From positions 1-47,841 of the forward strand of contig JACPNA010000057.1 in NCBI GenBank assembly GCA_016185725.1: a stretch of DNA of 47,841 nucleotides, given 5' to 3'. Position numbers and translations under genes: made by a program. Position 1 is the stretch's first letter, and the number at the start of each line of letters is the position of its first letter. A model generated the notes under the pieces. That model saw only the letters and a program-made list of their open reading frames with translations, was not told the origin of the DNA and did not search any database. The DNA is from Candidatus Woesearchaeota archaeon (lineage in GTDB: Archaea; Nanobdellota; Nanobdellia; Woesearchaeales; GW2011-AR9). Shown here in pieces: positions 1 to 10,066 of this stretch.

Positions 1-141
1 GTGGATTCTCTGAGGACAAGAAAAGAACGGGATGGAGATTTGCTCAGAAAAGAGAGGAGCGTATAGATACTGCGTATGGGCTCACCACATTATGGCATAA
101 CCTGTTTTGGATAGGAGCATAACTTTACTGTCCCACAGCCC
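1..141 (+). mobile_element. Right end of a DDE insertion sequence (IS5/IS4-like), truncated by the window edge
   Basis: Frame 3..122 reads GFSEDKKRTGWRFAQKREERIDTAYGLTTLWHNLFWIGA*, resembling the FS..K...HNL C-terminus of DDE transposases. It is followed by TGTCCCACAGCCC (129-141), a plausible terminal IR whose partner would lie outside the window. Confidence 0.6.
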
Positions 142-377
142 GTAAAATATTAACTTTCTAAGAAAATTCATCCTCTGGACAGATCACCACTTTGTGCTAT
201 ACTTCACACAAATTTTATAATTAACCAACAATTAATGCCCCCAACAGCAGAAGGAGTGCAATGCGTAATGATTATGTGAACACCAACTCCCATTATGGAG
301 AACGGAAGTAACTGATGAACGCACACAGATCCTTAGAATTACTAAGTCATGTTTCATAAGGCGGGCAATAGGAAATA

Positions 378-767
378 TTAATCTTTTACAACTTCAGTTG
401 TTTTCTTTTCTTCAATAAATGCCAACTCTCTATCTTTCAATTTTTGTACAAAATGAGAAATTTTATCTAACGACCAATCCAACAAACCTTTAGTAGCACC
501 TTCTGCAACATCAGAAAGAGAATTTTCAGAAGACCTCCCAAAATTCCTCAATATAGGAAGAAATACTTAATTCATTATATCTAAGATTATCGTACTCCCC
601 GGTAAAATAACCGTGTTACTCCCTCTTACCGGAATATCAATATAACAATCAGTTGCCTTTCTTTTTTCTGCATCATAGATAAATTCTCCCTCCGATTGGT
701 AACCTAACTGCTTAAGCAAAAGAATTTTTGATTGTACAGAAATATTTTTAAGGGATATAAGTTCCAT
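378..767 (-). pseudogene. Decayed two-gene unit of hypothetical proteins
   Basis: ATG 767 follows GAGGT. The ORF stops at 567, but a shifted frame continues DNELSISSYIEEFWEVF* (stop 526-528). A second frame without a start codon, 530-378, reads SENSLSDVAEGATKGLLDWSLDKISHFVQKLKDRELAFIEEKK. Confidence 0.5.
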
Positions 768-866
768 AATGCCAACCTCTTTGCGAGAATAAAGAAACAA
801 TTATTTATAAATCTTTCAGATTCTTTTTCATTTTGTTTTTTAAAGTTTGAATCACCAATAAACTTT

Positions 867-2048
867 CTATCCAAAAATCCTTCCCGCGCCTTCTTCTTCT
901 TCCAAAAACTTAACCTTCTCGATAGCTTTAACAAAATCATCTTGCATCACAAATTCCCTGTTTTCACGAATCGCAAAATAACCTGCTTCTGTACACACTG
1001 CCCGAATCTCTGCCCCACTAAAATCTTCCATCACACCAACTAATTCCTTCACATCTACGCTCTGTAAATTCATCTTTCGCACATGCACCTTTAATACATC
1101 TAATCTTCCCTCTTCATCTGGCAAACTTACTTCGATTAATCTATCTAATCTACCCGGTCTAATAATCGCCTTATCCAAGATATCTAATCTATTTGTCGCC
1201 CCAATAATTTTCACATTATCCAACGGCTTAAACCCATCCAATTCCGCTAACAGCTGCATAAATGTCCGGTTAACTTCTCTCTCCCCTGAAGTTCCTGTAT
1301 CCATACGTATAGCCGCCAACGCATCAATTTCATCAATAAATACAATTGCTGGTGCTTTACTTCTCGCCAGAGCAAAAATCTCCTTCACTAATTTTGCTCC
1401 CTCTCCAATAAATTTCTGCACCAATTCCGAACCTACCACTTCAATAAACGTCGCATTGGTGCTATGCGCCACCGCCTTTGCCAGTAACGTCTTACCCGTT
1501 CCTGGCGGTCCATACAGCAATACTCCCTTAGGCGGCTGTATCCCTATCCTCTCAAACAATTTTGGTTTTTTCAACGGCAGTTCAATAACTTCTTTAACCT
1601 CTTGAATTTCCTTTTTCAACCCCCCTATCTCTTTCCAGCTCTCGGAAGGCTTTTCTAAAATAACAAACTTTTCCACTTCTAAATTATTGTTCACATCCAA
1701 TCTTTGCACCACATTCAATGATTTCTGATCAACAAGCACGGCATCTCCCGCCTGCACATCATTTAACTCTTGCGCAATATAAGAATAAAATTTGTTTCCA
1801 TTAGGCAGTTTTACAATAGCCTTATCTTTATCGATACTTGTCACATCGGCTACCAACAACGCCGGCTTCTTCAAGTTAGCTAACTCATTGTTGGCATTAT
1901 TAAACATTTCTCGTAGCATGGCATTTTCTTCCTCTAAACGTACTACGCTTCCCCCCAGAACACGATTTTCTTCTTCTAATTTATCTAACGAAGCATTGAT
2001 TATATTGAAATCTAATTGTTTTTCTGCACTAACTTTAGTCTCTTCCAT
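867..2048 (-). CDS. pan: Proteasome-activating nucleotidase (AAA+ ATPase)
   Basis: N-terminal coiled coil and OB region; Walker A GPPGTGKT, Walker B FIDEID, KFIGEG pore loop, RPGRLDR. Confidence 0.95.
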   Translation of the reverse strand: MEETKVSAEKQLDFNIINASLDKLEEENRVLGGSVVRLEEENAMLREMFNNANNELANLKKPALLVADVTSIDKDKAIVKLPNGNKFYSYIAQELNDVQAGDAVLVDQKSLNVVQRLDVNNNLEVEKFVILEKPSESWKEIGGLKKEIQEVKEVIELPLKKPKLFERIGIQPPKGVLLYGPPGTGKTLLAKAVAHSTNATFIEVVGSELVQKFIGEGAKLVKEIFALARSKAPAIVFIDEIDALAAIRMDTGTSGEREVNRTFMQLLAELDGFKPLDNVKIIGATNRLDILDKAIIRPGRLDRLIEVSLPDEEGRLDVLKVHVRKMNLQSVDVKELVGVMEDFSGAEIRAVCTEAGYFAIRENREFVMQDDFVKAIEKVKFLEEEEGAGRIFG

Positions 2049-2097
2049 ATTCAGACAAAAAACCCTCGCTATTTTTAAATCTTATGAGTTAAACACC

Positions 2098-4068
2098 TTA
2101 TGTAAAATAACCCATAATCCCATTCAAAAACATCTTGATATTATCAGAAAAACTGTTTGCTTCTGCTCTTATCACCATGTCTTCACTTTCACTATCTTCC
2201 CTTCCTTGATCATCTTTCCACTTTACTATAACTTTAAATTTATTTTCGCTGCTTAACGGCACATTTTCTAATTGTAACTCTAACTTTTCTTCTTTTACTA
2301 ATTTATCTAATTCCCATTTTTGTTGAAAATTAGCTCCTTCGATAAAAACAACGATATTGTTAGGCACGCTAAACGATTTCTTATTCAGAACAACTTTGAT
2401 TGGCACAACTTCGCCATATTGCACTACTGCCGGACTTTCTATTTTAAATTCCACTTTCGGTAAATCCATCACCCTGTATTCCAAAACTTTTTTCTTTTCC
2501 ACTTCTATATTCATGGCACTAACTATAATTTTATTCCAGCCGATAGTTTCTCCTTTAACTTTAATCTCTGTATTTTTTTGCTGATTTACCCCCAACTCCA
2601 CTATCTCACATATCTTATCAACACAAAAATTAACTTCCTTCAAGAGAGTATTGCCGTTATTTTTAATTGCGCATTTAACCACTGCTTCCTCATTAACACT
2701 TAATTCCGGCTTATAATCACAATCCATCTGCACCTTTCTGGAATAACTTTTATCCTCATCCTGTACCATCAATTTTTCAATTTCTTCCTTAGAATAAACA
2801 CTCTTACCATTTTGCACCGTAAAACTTTCTTCCGCAGAAATATTTTTTTCAGAATAAATCATCATTGGGAATTGATAAACATATTGCGTACTCAACAATT
2901 CAGGAACTTTCACTAACCAATATGTCTCCTTAACTTCCTTAGGTCCTAATAATAATGTTCTCCTGTTTCTTCCCAACACCTCAATCTCTGTGGGCAGAGC
3001 CAATTGTAACGTCACTGCATTATAATTATTTACCGAATTTTTGATAATCCCTTTGACTAAATTATAACTGCCAAAACCAACTTCTTTAGACAACAATTCC
3101 ACTTCTAATAATATCTCCTCTTCCCCATATTTTCCTTTATCCAAAACATCAATATTAAAACTTAATGGTTTAGCTTCCAATCTAACCTTCTCCGCTAACC
3201 ATTCATATTTCGTTGCCGGTTCGCTCGGATCAAATCCATCTCTTAATTTAATATGTGTACTGTCAATATATCCAAACTCTCCAAACGCGATATCAAAACT
3301 AACCCATCCTATCTCCGGAAAATAAACTTCTGCCCATCCATGCGGCTGCCAATTATCTGTAAATAAGTCAGAGGTGGTATAACTAATCCCCGAAACAAAT
3401 CGTGCTGGAATACCTAACGACCTGCTCATTGCTACAAACAATGAAGTCATCTCATCGCAAACACCTTCTTTGTTATCTAACACCCAGCTAGCTTTTTGTG
3501 ATGATTGCGCTGTCAATGTATTCAAATCATACTTAACATTACTTTCCACCCAGCTTGCTAGCTTAAATGCTACTTTAAACTCATCATCCTCTCCCTCTGC
3601 CAATTCTGTCGCCTTAGCGATAATTTTCTCATTACCGGAATCTATTGTTTCCGTAGGTAACGTATACGCCTCATACCCCTTAATATTCGTTAATGGAAAT
3701 GGCACTTTCGTACTAACTTTAACTCTTTCCTCATTAGTATTTAATGTTGCTAAATATCCAAACGTTTTCTTCTCAATCAGCATATCATTCCAATAAAAAA
3801 CAATCTTATTATCGTTCAATTCCCCTTTGTAATCAATCGCTAACACTTTTTGCCGATAATCATCCTTAGGATACAATAACAATTGTGCTTTCACATCCTT
3901 GATTTTCGCCGCCGAATTCTCTGCCGTCAGATCAAAACTTCCCCGCACATCTAAATTCAACTTCAAAGAATCATATCTATACAAATTATTATCTCCTTGA
4001 GCAAGAACAAACGGCATTACTAATAACATTACTGACAAGACAACCATACTTAAAACTATTTTTCTCAT
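2098..4068 (-). CDS. Secreted transglutaminase-like (TGc) domain protein
   Basis: Signal peptide; GVCDE...GIPARFVSG...HGWAEVY...WVSFD gives the Cys-His-Asp triad pattern; beta-rich C-terminal region. Confidence 0.85.
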   Translation of the reverse strand: MRKIVLSMVVLSVMLLVMPFVLAQGDNNLYRYDSLKLNLDVRGSFDLTAENSAAKIKDVKAQLLLYPKDDYRQKVLAIDYKGELNDNKIVFYWNDMLIEKKTFGYLATLNTNEERVKVSTKVPFPLTNIKGYEAYTLPTETIDSGNEKIIAKATELAEGEDDEFKVAFKLASWVESNVKYDLNTLTAQSSQKASWVLDNKEGVCDEMTSLFVAMSRSLGIPARFVSGISYTTSDLFTDNWQPHGWAEVYFPEIGWVSFDIAFGEFGYIDSTHIKLRDGFDPSEPATKYEWLAEKVRLEAKPLSFNIDVLDKGKYGEEEILLEVELLSKEVGFGSYNLVKGIIKNSVNNYNAVTLQLALPTEIEVLGRNRRTLLLGPKEVKETYWLVKVPELLSTQYVYQFPMMIYSEKNISAEESFTVQNGKSVYSKEEIEKLMVQDEDKSYSRKVQMDCDYKPELSVNEEAVVKCAIKNNGNTLLKEVNFCVDKICEIVELGVNQQKNTEIKVKGETIGWNKIIVSAMNIEVEKKKVLEYRVMDLPKVEFKIESPAVVQYGEVVPIKVVLNKKSFSVPNNIVVFIEGANFQQKWELDKLVKEEKLELQLENVPLSSENKFKVIVKWKDDQGREDSESEDMVIRAEANSFSDNIKMFLNGIMGYFT

Positions 4069-4122
4069 AACAGTTGCTCATTATATTCTATAATATAAAT
4101 GTTTGTGTTCTTCAAGAAATCC

Positions 4123-4137
4123 AAAAACCTTATATAA
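4123..4137 (+). promoter_or_regulatory. Archaeal BRE/TATA promoter
   Basis: AAAAACCTTATATAA just over 20 nt before ATG 4159. The same motif recurs near 10025, 13008, 23150, 39888, 40731 and 42960. Confidence 0.6.
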
Positions 4138-4158
4138 TTCCTCCCTAACAAAACTTCC

Positions 4159-4773
4159 ATGGAAAGAGGTATAGCCTTATTATCAGGTGGTATTGATTCT
4201 CCGGTAGCGATTCACTTGATGCAGAACCGGTTAGACATCACTGCTGTGCATTTTCATCAGCTCCCCTTAGTTGATGAAAGTGAAATTGAAAAAGTAAAAC
4301 AATTAGCTAAACTTCTCCATCTCAAAAAACTGTATCTGATTCCCTTCACCCTCATCCTCAAAGAACTCGTTGCCAATTGTAATCACCGCGATTATTATAT
4401 CCTTTCCAAAATAGCTATGTTCAAAGCTGCTGAACTCATTGCGGAACAAGAACACGCAAAATTTCTTATTACTGGAGAAAATCTTGGCCAAGTTTCCAGC
4501 CAGACCTTAAGCAATCTTACATCTATTACTCAACACCTTAGTTTAGAAATATTTCGTCCCGTATTAACTTATGACAAAGAAGAAATAATTAAAGTAGCTA
4601 AGCAAATTGGCACCTACGAAACATCTAAAGGTCCAGAGATATGCTGTCTGCTCGGACCAAAAAATCCCTCCACCAAATCTAATCCCGAAGCGATAAAAAA
4701 GGAGTTATCCCAACTTAACCTAACCAAATTATTCCAAGAAAGTTTAAATAAGGCGGAAATTCTTGAATTCTAA
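4159..4773 (+). CDS. ThiI-like PP-loop protein, catalytic domain only
   Basis: LLSGGIDSPVA, TGENLGQVSSQTLSNL, RPVLTYDKEEI, IGTYE motifs; 204 aa, no THUMP domain. Confidence 0.85.
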   Translation: MERGIALLSGGIDSPVAIHLMQNRLDITAVHFHQLPLVDESEIEKVKQLAKLLHLKKLYLIPFTLILKELVANCNHRDYYILSKIAMFKAAELIAEQEHAKFLITGENLGQVSSQTLSNLTSITQHLSLEIFRPVLTYDKEEIIKVAKQIGTYETSKGPEICCLLGPKNPSTKSNPEAIKKELSQLNLTKLFQESLNKAEILEF

Positions 4774-4774
4774 C

Positions 4775-6151
4775 ATGGCTCTTAAATTATACAACGACCT
4801 AACCCGTAAACTCCAGCTCTTCAAACCCTTAAATTCTCCCCACGTAACTATATACGTTTGCGGTCCGACTATTTACGATTATGCCCATCTTGGTCACGGT
4901 CGTTCTTTGGTTGCTTTCGATCTTCTTCATCGTTATTTGCAATATAAATCCTTTCAAGTAAATTATGTGTTCAATTACACGGATATTGAAGACAAGATGA
5001 TTAACCGTGCTAATAAAGAACACATTACCGTAAAACAATTAGCCGACAGATTCACACAAATATATCATGAAGATTATCAAAAATTAAACTATCTCCCCCC
5101 CACTCATAATCCTAAAGCCACCGGACATATTCCTGAAATGATTAACCTCATTAAAACATTAGAAAAAAAAGGTTTCACCTACCTTATAGAAAATGATGGC
5201 CTTTATTTCAACGTTAAAAAATTCAAGAAATATGGCCAATTGTCGCAGCAAGATTTGCACGAACTTAAAGCCGGTGCAAGAGTTGACATAAAAGACAAAC
5301 ACAGTCCTAACGATTTTGTATTATGGAAACTGGAGAAACCAAATGAACCTAGCTGGCAATCACCTTGGGGTCAAGGCCGTCCCGGCTGGCACATTGAATG
5401 TTCTGCCATGTCTATGAAATATTTAGGCAAGACCATTGATATCCATGGCGGCGGTCAAGACTTAATCTTTCCTCATCACGAAGACGAAATTGCTCAGTCT
5501 GAAGCCGCTAACGGCAAGCTCTTCGCCAAATACTGGTTGCATAACGGTTTTGTTACTATCAACGGCGAAAAAATGTCTAAATCCCTTAACAATTTTTACA
5601 CTTTAAGAGATATTTTTAAAGAATATGACCCCCTAGCCGTGCGCTATCTTTTCCTTTCCACCCATTATCGCATGCCTATCAATTTCACTCTTAATTCTCT
5701 GCAAAGTGCAGCAAAGTCATTAGACAAAATTCAGAACGCTTACTTTTCTATCCTAAATCAAAAATCTTCCGTAAAATTCGGCAAAAAAACTCTCCCTCTT
5801 AAAAGATATTATAAACAACTCGAAAAAGCCTTAGACGATGACTTGAACATCTCTTCTGCCTTAGCTGTTGTTTTTGGCTTAATCAACCAATATTATAAAT
5901 ATCAATCAAAATTAAGCCCTGAATCAGTATTACAACTAGAAAAATTCTTCCAAGACACTGATAAAATCTTCGGCATCTTAAAACACTCTCGAGAAATCAT
6001 CCCTATAGAAATAGTTCAATTGGCCGAAGTTCGTCTAGAATCCAGAAAAAATAAACAATGGTCAGAATCTGATCAGCTCCGCGATAAAATAAAATCCTTG
6101 GGCTACGAGATTGCTGATACTAAAGAAGGCTATGAACTAAAAAAGTTATAA
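4775..6151 (+). CDS. cysS: Cysteine--tRNA ligase
   Basis: YVCGPT, HLGH, GRPGWHIECSAM, DIHGGGQDLIFPHHEDE, KMSKS. Confidence 0.97.
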   Translation: MALKLYNDLTRKLQLFKPLNSPHVTIYVCGPTIYDYAHLGHGRSLVAFDLLHRYLQYKSFQVNYVFNYTDIEDKMINRANKEHITVKQLADRFTQIYHEDYQKLNYLPPTHNPKATGHIPEMINLIKTLEKKGFTYLIENDGLYFNVKKFKKYGQLSQQDLHELKAGARVDIKDKHSPNDFVLWKLEKPNEPSWQSPWGQGRPGWHIECSAMSMKYLGKTIDIHGGGQDLIFPHHEDEIAQSEAANGKLFAKYWLHNGFVTINGEKMSKSLNNFYTLRDIFKEYDPLAVRYLFLSTHYRMPINFTLNSLQSAAKSLDKIQNAYFSILNQKSSVKFGKKTLPLKRYYKQLEKALDDDLNISSALAVVFGLINQYYKYQSKLSPESVLQLEKFFQDTDKIFGILKHSREIIPIEIVQLAEVRLESRKNKQWSESDQLRDKIKSLGYEIADTKEGYELKKL

Positions 6152-6209
6152 CTCCACCCCCATAATCTTTATATATCATTCTTACTCCTTAAACTCTAAA
6201 GAGGCCATC

Positions 6210-7166
6210 ATGTTTTCCCCTGACAAAAAAGCTCATGAACTGCAAAATTTAAAACCTAACGACTGGCTAAACTCAAAACCATTAACCTTAGAGCAATCGA
6301 AGGGTAAAGTTATTCTCTTAGATTTCTGGACTTATTCCTGCATTAATTGCCTCAGAACTTTGCCTTCCTTAACTCATCTATGGAACACCTACAAAGACAA
6401 CAGTTTCATCATCATCAGCATCCATACCCCTGAATTTGCCTTTGAACAAGAATTTTCCAACCTCAAAAAATTCGTGGAAAAAAATAATCTCACCTATCCT
6501 ATCGTTAACGACCCTGACCGTTTCAACTGGGAAAATTATGGCAATAAATATTGGCCTCGTTCTACTTTAATCAATCCGCAAGGGAAAATTATTCTTGAAC
6601 ACGTCGGCGAGTCTGGCTATGACGAAATTGAAGCTAAACTTCTCCAAGAACTTAAGCTTTTAAGAGAAATAAAATCAATTAAACCAACTCTAAAAGAAGA
6701 ATCGCATTACTACTCGCCGGAAATTTCTCCCGAAACCTATGCCGGCAAAAAACGCAACCCCAACGGTCTCGGCTCACATCAAGTTTGCACTAAGCAGGGC
6801 TGTGAAGAATATGTAGATTCACCTCGCCATCATTTACATACCATTTACTTGCAAGGTTCTTGGAAACAACATCAAGAGTACTTGGAATGTCTCCATCAAG
6901 AAAATTCCTATTTTGAATATCCTTATTATGCTCAAGAAGTTAACCTCGTTTTAGAAGGCAAAGGCCTTATCGAAATTCTCATTAACAATCAACCATTAAC
7001 CCCAGAAAATGCCGGTAAGAATATAATTTTCAAAAACAGTCGTTCTTTTCTCAACATAACCACTCCTGCCCTGTATAATCTTGTTCACACCGCCGAAAAT
7101 CATAAAGCTGAGATAAAAATCATTCCTTTTACCGGACTAAGAATTTATGCTTTAACTTTTGGGTAG
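6210..7166 (+). CDS. Redoxin / DipZ C-terminal-like thioredoxin-fold protein
   Basis: DFWTYSCINCLRTLP, HTPEFAFE, SPETY and terminal YALTFG, typical of the soluble part of DipZ. Confidence 0.85.
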   Translation: MFSPDKKAHELQNLKPNDWLNSKPLTLEQSKGKVILLDFWTYSCINCLRTLPSLTHLWNTYKDNSFIIISIHTPEFAFEQEFSNLKKFVEKNNLTYPIVNDPDRFNWENYGNKYWPRSTLINPQGKIILEHVGESGYDEIEAKLLQELKLLREIKSIKPTLKEESHYYSPEISPETYAGKKRNPNGLGSHQVCTKQGCEEYVDSPRHHLHTIYLQGSWKQHQEYLECLHQENSYFEYPYYAQEVNLVLEGKGLIEILINNQPLTPENAGKNIIFKNSRSFLNITTPALYNLVHTAENHKAEIKIIPFTGLRIYALTFG

Positions 7167-7213
7167 ATCAGTTTGCAAAAAGAAATGTTTGGCATTTCAA
7201 CAAAAAACTAACT

Positions 7214-9553
7214 TTATTCTTGCAAAATTCTCACAATATCTTTATACACCTGCGGATATTTGTTAACATCTAACAACTCAGAATGTAATGTTCGTATCCC
7301 TTCACAATGACCATTGATATAATACTTCTTCGCTTCTTCTAACTCCACTTTCTCTGCCAATACCACCCCATCACCATCAGCTTTTTGTCCATTATAATCC
7401 ATCTCACAACCCTGGCCGATAATAGTATACAATTTAACTTTCTTCAACTTCTTTACTGAATTCAACTTTTGCATGAACACACTTTCTGAATTCATATCTT
7501 CACATTCTCGTTGCTCACCTAAAACATCGCAATAACTGGACACATCTCCCACAATCCCTTTGTTTGGTGTTCCAATCATGATTAATTTTTCTACATTATC
7601 ATCGCCAAAAACTTGCATATACCTTCTTGACACTAACCCCCCCATACTATGGGCAATAATAATCACTTTTGACCTTCCTGTTCTATACTGTACATTATCA
7701 ATAATTTCTTTCAACCGTATAGCATAATTATCAATACGTTCACTTTTCTGTTGGATTAGTGTATACTTTCCGCTCGCTTCATAGGCATCATAATAATAGC
7801 TTGCCTTTAACGTTACTGGAATATTAAACCCGCTCCAATCTTCTGCCTCTCCATTAGGGGCATACACATTTAATACCCCTGCATTAAGATACCCCTCTTG
7901 TTCAAGTTTACTTTGTAAGACATTAAACGCATTCAAGCTGTATTCTGTAGAAACATCTTTATTGAATGCATGTCCATGAATAAAAATAATTGGCGTATAT
8001 TTCAGATCATTTTTACAATTATCATTCTCACAGCAGAAACTGCATCGATTCAATGCGCAGCACAATTTTTTTGGTTCTTCAAAAAGTATTCCTAAACTGA
8101 TATTTTGTTGTTCTTTAAGACTAACATCGTTAAAACTAATATTCATAACTTCCAATTCCATTACACTGCACCTCTCTGGCACAATTTTGTTTAAACTATC
8201 CAGACCAATCTCGGAATAATTACCTATATCACCTTTAATTCCCGCCGGCAAATTATTCATAATCAATTCATAATTAACATCATTCCAATTGATACTGTTG
8301 ATTATCTCTTGATTAATTTCATATACTAATGCTGGCACTTTATCTTCACCTTTATTCCCCTTGTTTGCTTCGTCATAACTATCTCTAAACTGTTTTATCT
8401 CCTCACAGCTTGCCTTAAGATCATGATTTTCACTTTCTGCAATTTCTTTGATATTTTTATACCTCCAACAATTATTATTAATCTTACACCACGCTTGAGA
8501 TGCCACATACAAATTAACTTCATTTTTTACCACTTCTTTGCGTACTTCTTGCCAAGTATTGTTATTTAACAATTCTGCCTTGCTTTTTAGCTCTGCGGCC
8601 TCATTCAGTTTATTATCATAATACCCGCTAACCGCTAAATTTTTAAAATAATTGATCAGCGCTTTTTTCTGTAACACCAAACTTTCATTCAGCACAACAG
8701 GGCTATTTTCTAATAATTGTTTAATATTAAGTAACTCTGTTTTAAGAAAAGCATATTTGCCTAGACTATCTTTAACATAACTATCTAACCTTGCTTCTTC
8801 ATTTTTAATTTCTAACAACGTATCCTTTTCTAATTCTTTCTCAATTTGTTGCACTTCTTGCTCTTCCCATAATTCCTGCCAATTTACTAGTAACTCCTTT
8901 TCTTGAACAGTTAAAACCATCAAAGAATCAATTTCTTGTTTTAACTGCAAATCTGCTATTTGTACACTAAAATCCTGCCAGACTGCCAACTTGCTTTGAA
9001 TCATTTCTAGTTTTTTAGCCTTTTCTTGCAGTGTTTGCCCTAAGCTTTGCCTCTTATTCTTCTCTTCTTCACTAAGTTCATGATTAACTATCACAACTGC
9101 GCTTCTCATAATCTTATCCTCGCTAGTATGGCACAACCAGCTATTCACATTATTACATTCCACATCATATTTATACATTTCCTTGCCCTCTGTTTTCGCA
9201 TCAGAAGCAATCACAAAACGTTTCCCCATAGTCATCCCCGGCAGAACATTAAATACTTCCTCCTTGACAATTTTTTGCAGCGCGGACTGTGTAAACACTC
9301 CTCTACAGCTTATCTGACAAAAGGGATTGCTTCTAACCTCCACATTAAAACCAACACTTTTACTCTCGCCTTGTCGTAAAGTGATCGTTTCTTGTTCAGA
9401 AGTTAATCCTATAATCAAATCATTTCCTAATAAAAAATTGAGATATAATACTAACTGTGTACCAGAAACAAATAAAACTATAATCAAAATAATTGCTAAT
9501 AAAATAAATTTCTTCTTATGATTTCTTATATAACTCTTCCATACCTCTTTCAT
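7214..9553 (-). CDS. Membrane-anchored protein with a C-terminal alpha/beta hydrolase domain
   Basis: N-terminal TM helix, coiled-coil stalk, Cys clusters; IIFIHGH, AHSMGG nucleophile elbow, GTPNKG, GDGVV, late His. Confidence 0.8.
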   Translation of the reverse strand: MKEVWKSYIRNHKKKFILLAIILIIVLFVSGTQLVLYLNFLLGNDLIIGLTSEQETITLRQGESKSVGFNVEVRSNPFCQISCRGVFTQSALQKIVKEEVFNVLPGMTMGKRFVIASDAKTEGKEMYKYDVECNNVNSWLCHTSEDKIMRSAVVIVNHELSEEEKNKRQSLGQTLQEKAKKLEMIQSKLAVWQDFSVQIADLQLKQEIDSLMVLTVQEKELLVNWQELWEEQEVQQIEKELEKDTLLEIKNEEARLDSYVKDSLGKYAFLKTELLNIKQLLENSPVVLNESLVLQKKALINYFKNLAVSGYYDNKLNEAAELKSKAELLNNNTWQEVRKEVVKNEVNLYVASQAWCKINNNCWRYKNIKEIAESENHDLKASCEEIKQFRDSYDEANKGNKGEDKVPALVYEINQEIINSINWNDVNYELIMNNLPAGIKGDIGNYSEIGLDSLNKIVPERCSVMELEVMNISFNDVSLKEQQNISLGILFEEPKKLCCALNRCSFCCENDNCKNDLKYTPIIFIHGHAFNKDVSTEYSLNAFNVLQSKLEQEGYLNAGVLNVYAPNGEAEDWSGFNIPVTLKASYYYDAYEASGKYTLIQQKSERIDNYAIRLKEIIDNVQYRTGRSKVIIIAHSMGGLVSRRYMQVFGDDNVEKLIMIGTPNKGIVGDVSSYCDVLGEQRECEDMNSESVFMQKLNSVKKLKKVKLYTIIGQGCEMDYNGQKADGDGVVLAEKVELEEAKKYYINGHCEGIRTLHSELLDVNKYPQVYKDIVRILQE

Positions 9554-9593
9554 ATCATCTTATTAAACACTGCCAGACTATAAATCTTACGCT

Positions 9594-9857
9594 CTACTTT
9601 TTCTTAGCTTTCTTGTCTTCCCTGTCTTTATTGACAATTTTCTCAATATCCTGCTGATTAAAACCGACAATCACTTTTCCATCAATATCTATAACCGGGA
9701 CGCCCATTTGTCCCGAGATATTGACCATTTCTTTGGCAGCTTTATCATCTTCCGTTACATCCAGCTCTGTAAACTTAATCCTTTTCGATTTAAAGTACTC
9801 TTTCGCTTTCTTACACCACGGACAAGTTGGCGTGGAATATATCTTGACTATAACCAT
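9594..9857 (-). CDS. Glutaredoxin (YruB/NrdH-like)
   Basis: YSTPTCPWC, SGQMGVPVI, GF motif; GGAGG RBS. Confidence 0.93.
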   Translation of the reverse strand: MVIVKIYSTPTCPWCKKAKEYFKSKRIKFTELDVTEDDKAAKEMVNISGQMGVPVIDIDGKVIVGFNQQDIEKIVNKDREDKKAKKK

Positions 9858-9906
9858 AATTATGACCTCCTAAAAAAAACAAATAAAAACAAAAAATGAC
9901 TTCCTT

Positions 9907-9951
9907 TTAACAACTTGAACACTTTTTCTTCATTGCCTTTTTCTTTACCAT
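9907..9951 (-). CDS. Putative 14-aa leader peptide MVKKKAMKKKCSSC
   Basis: GGGGTGA SD shortly before ATG 9951; lies directly upstream of glutaredoxin. Confidence 0.45.
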   Translation of the reverse strand: MVKKKAMKKKCSSC

Positions 9952-10066
9952 AGTATTTCACCCCAATTAAAACCTAAACAATATAACTTTATAATTCTTA
10001 TGTAATTCATCTTTAAATATCCCAAAACCTTTATTAACCTTAAATCTTTACTTCTTAACTACAGAG

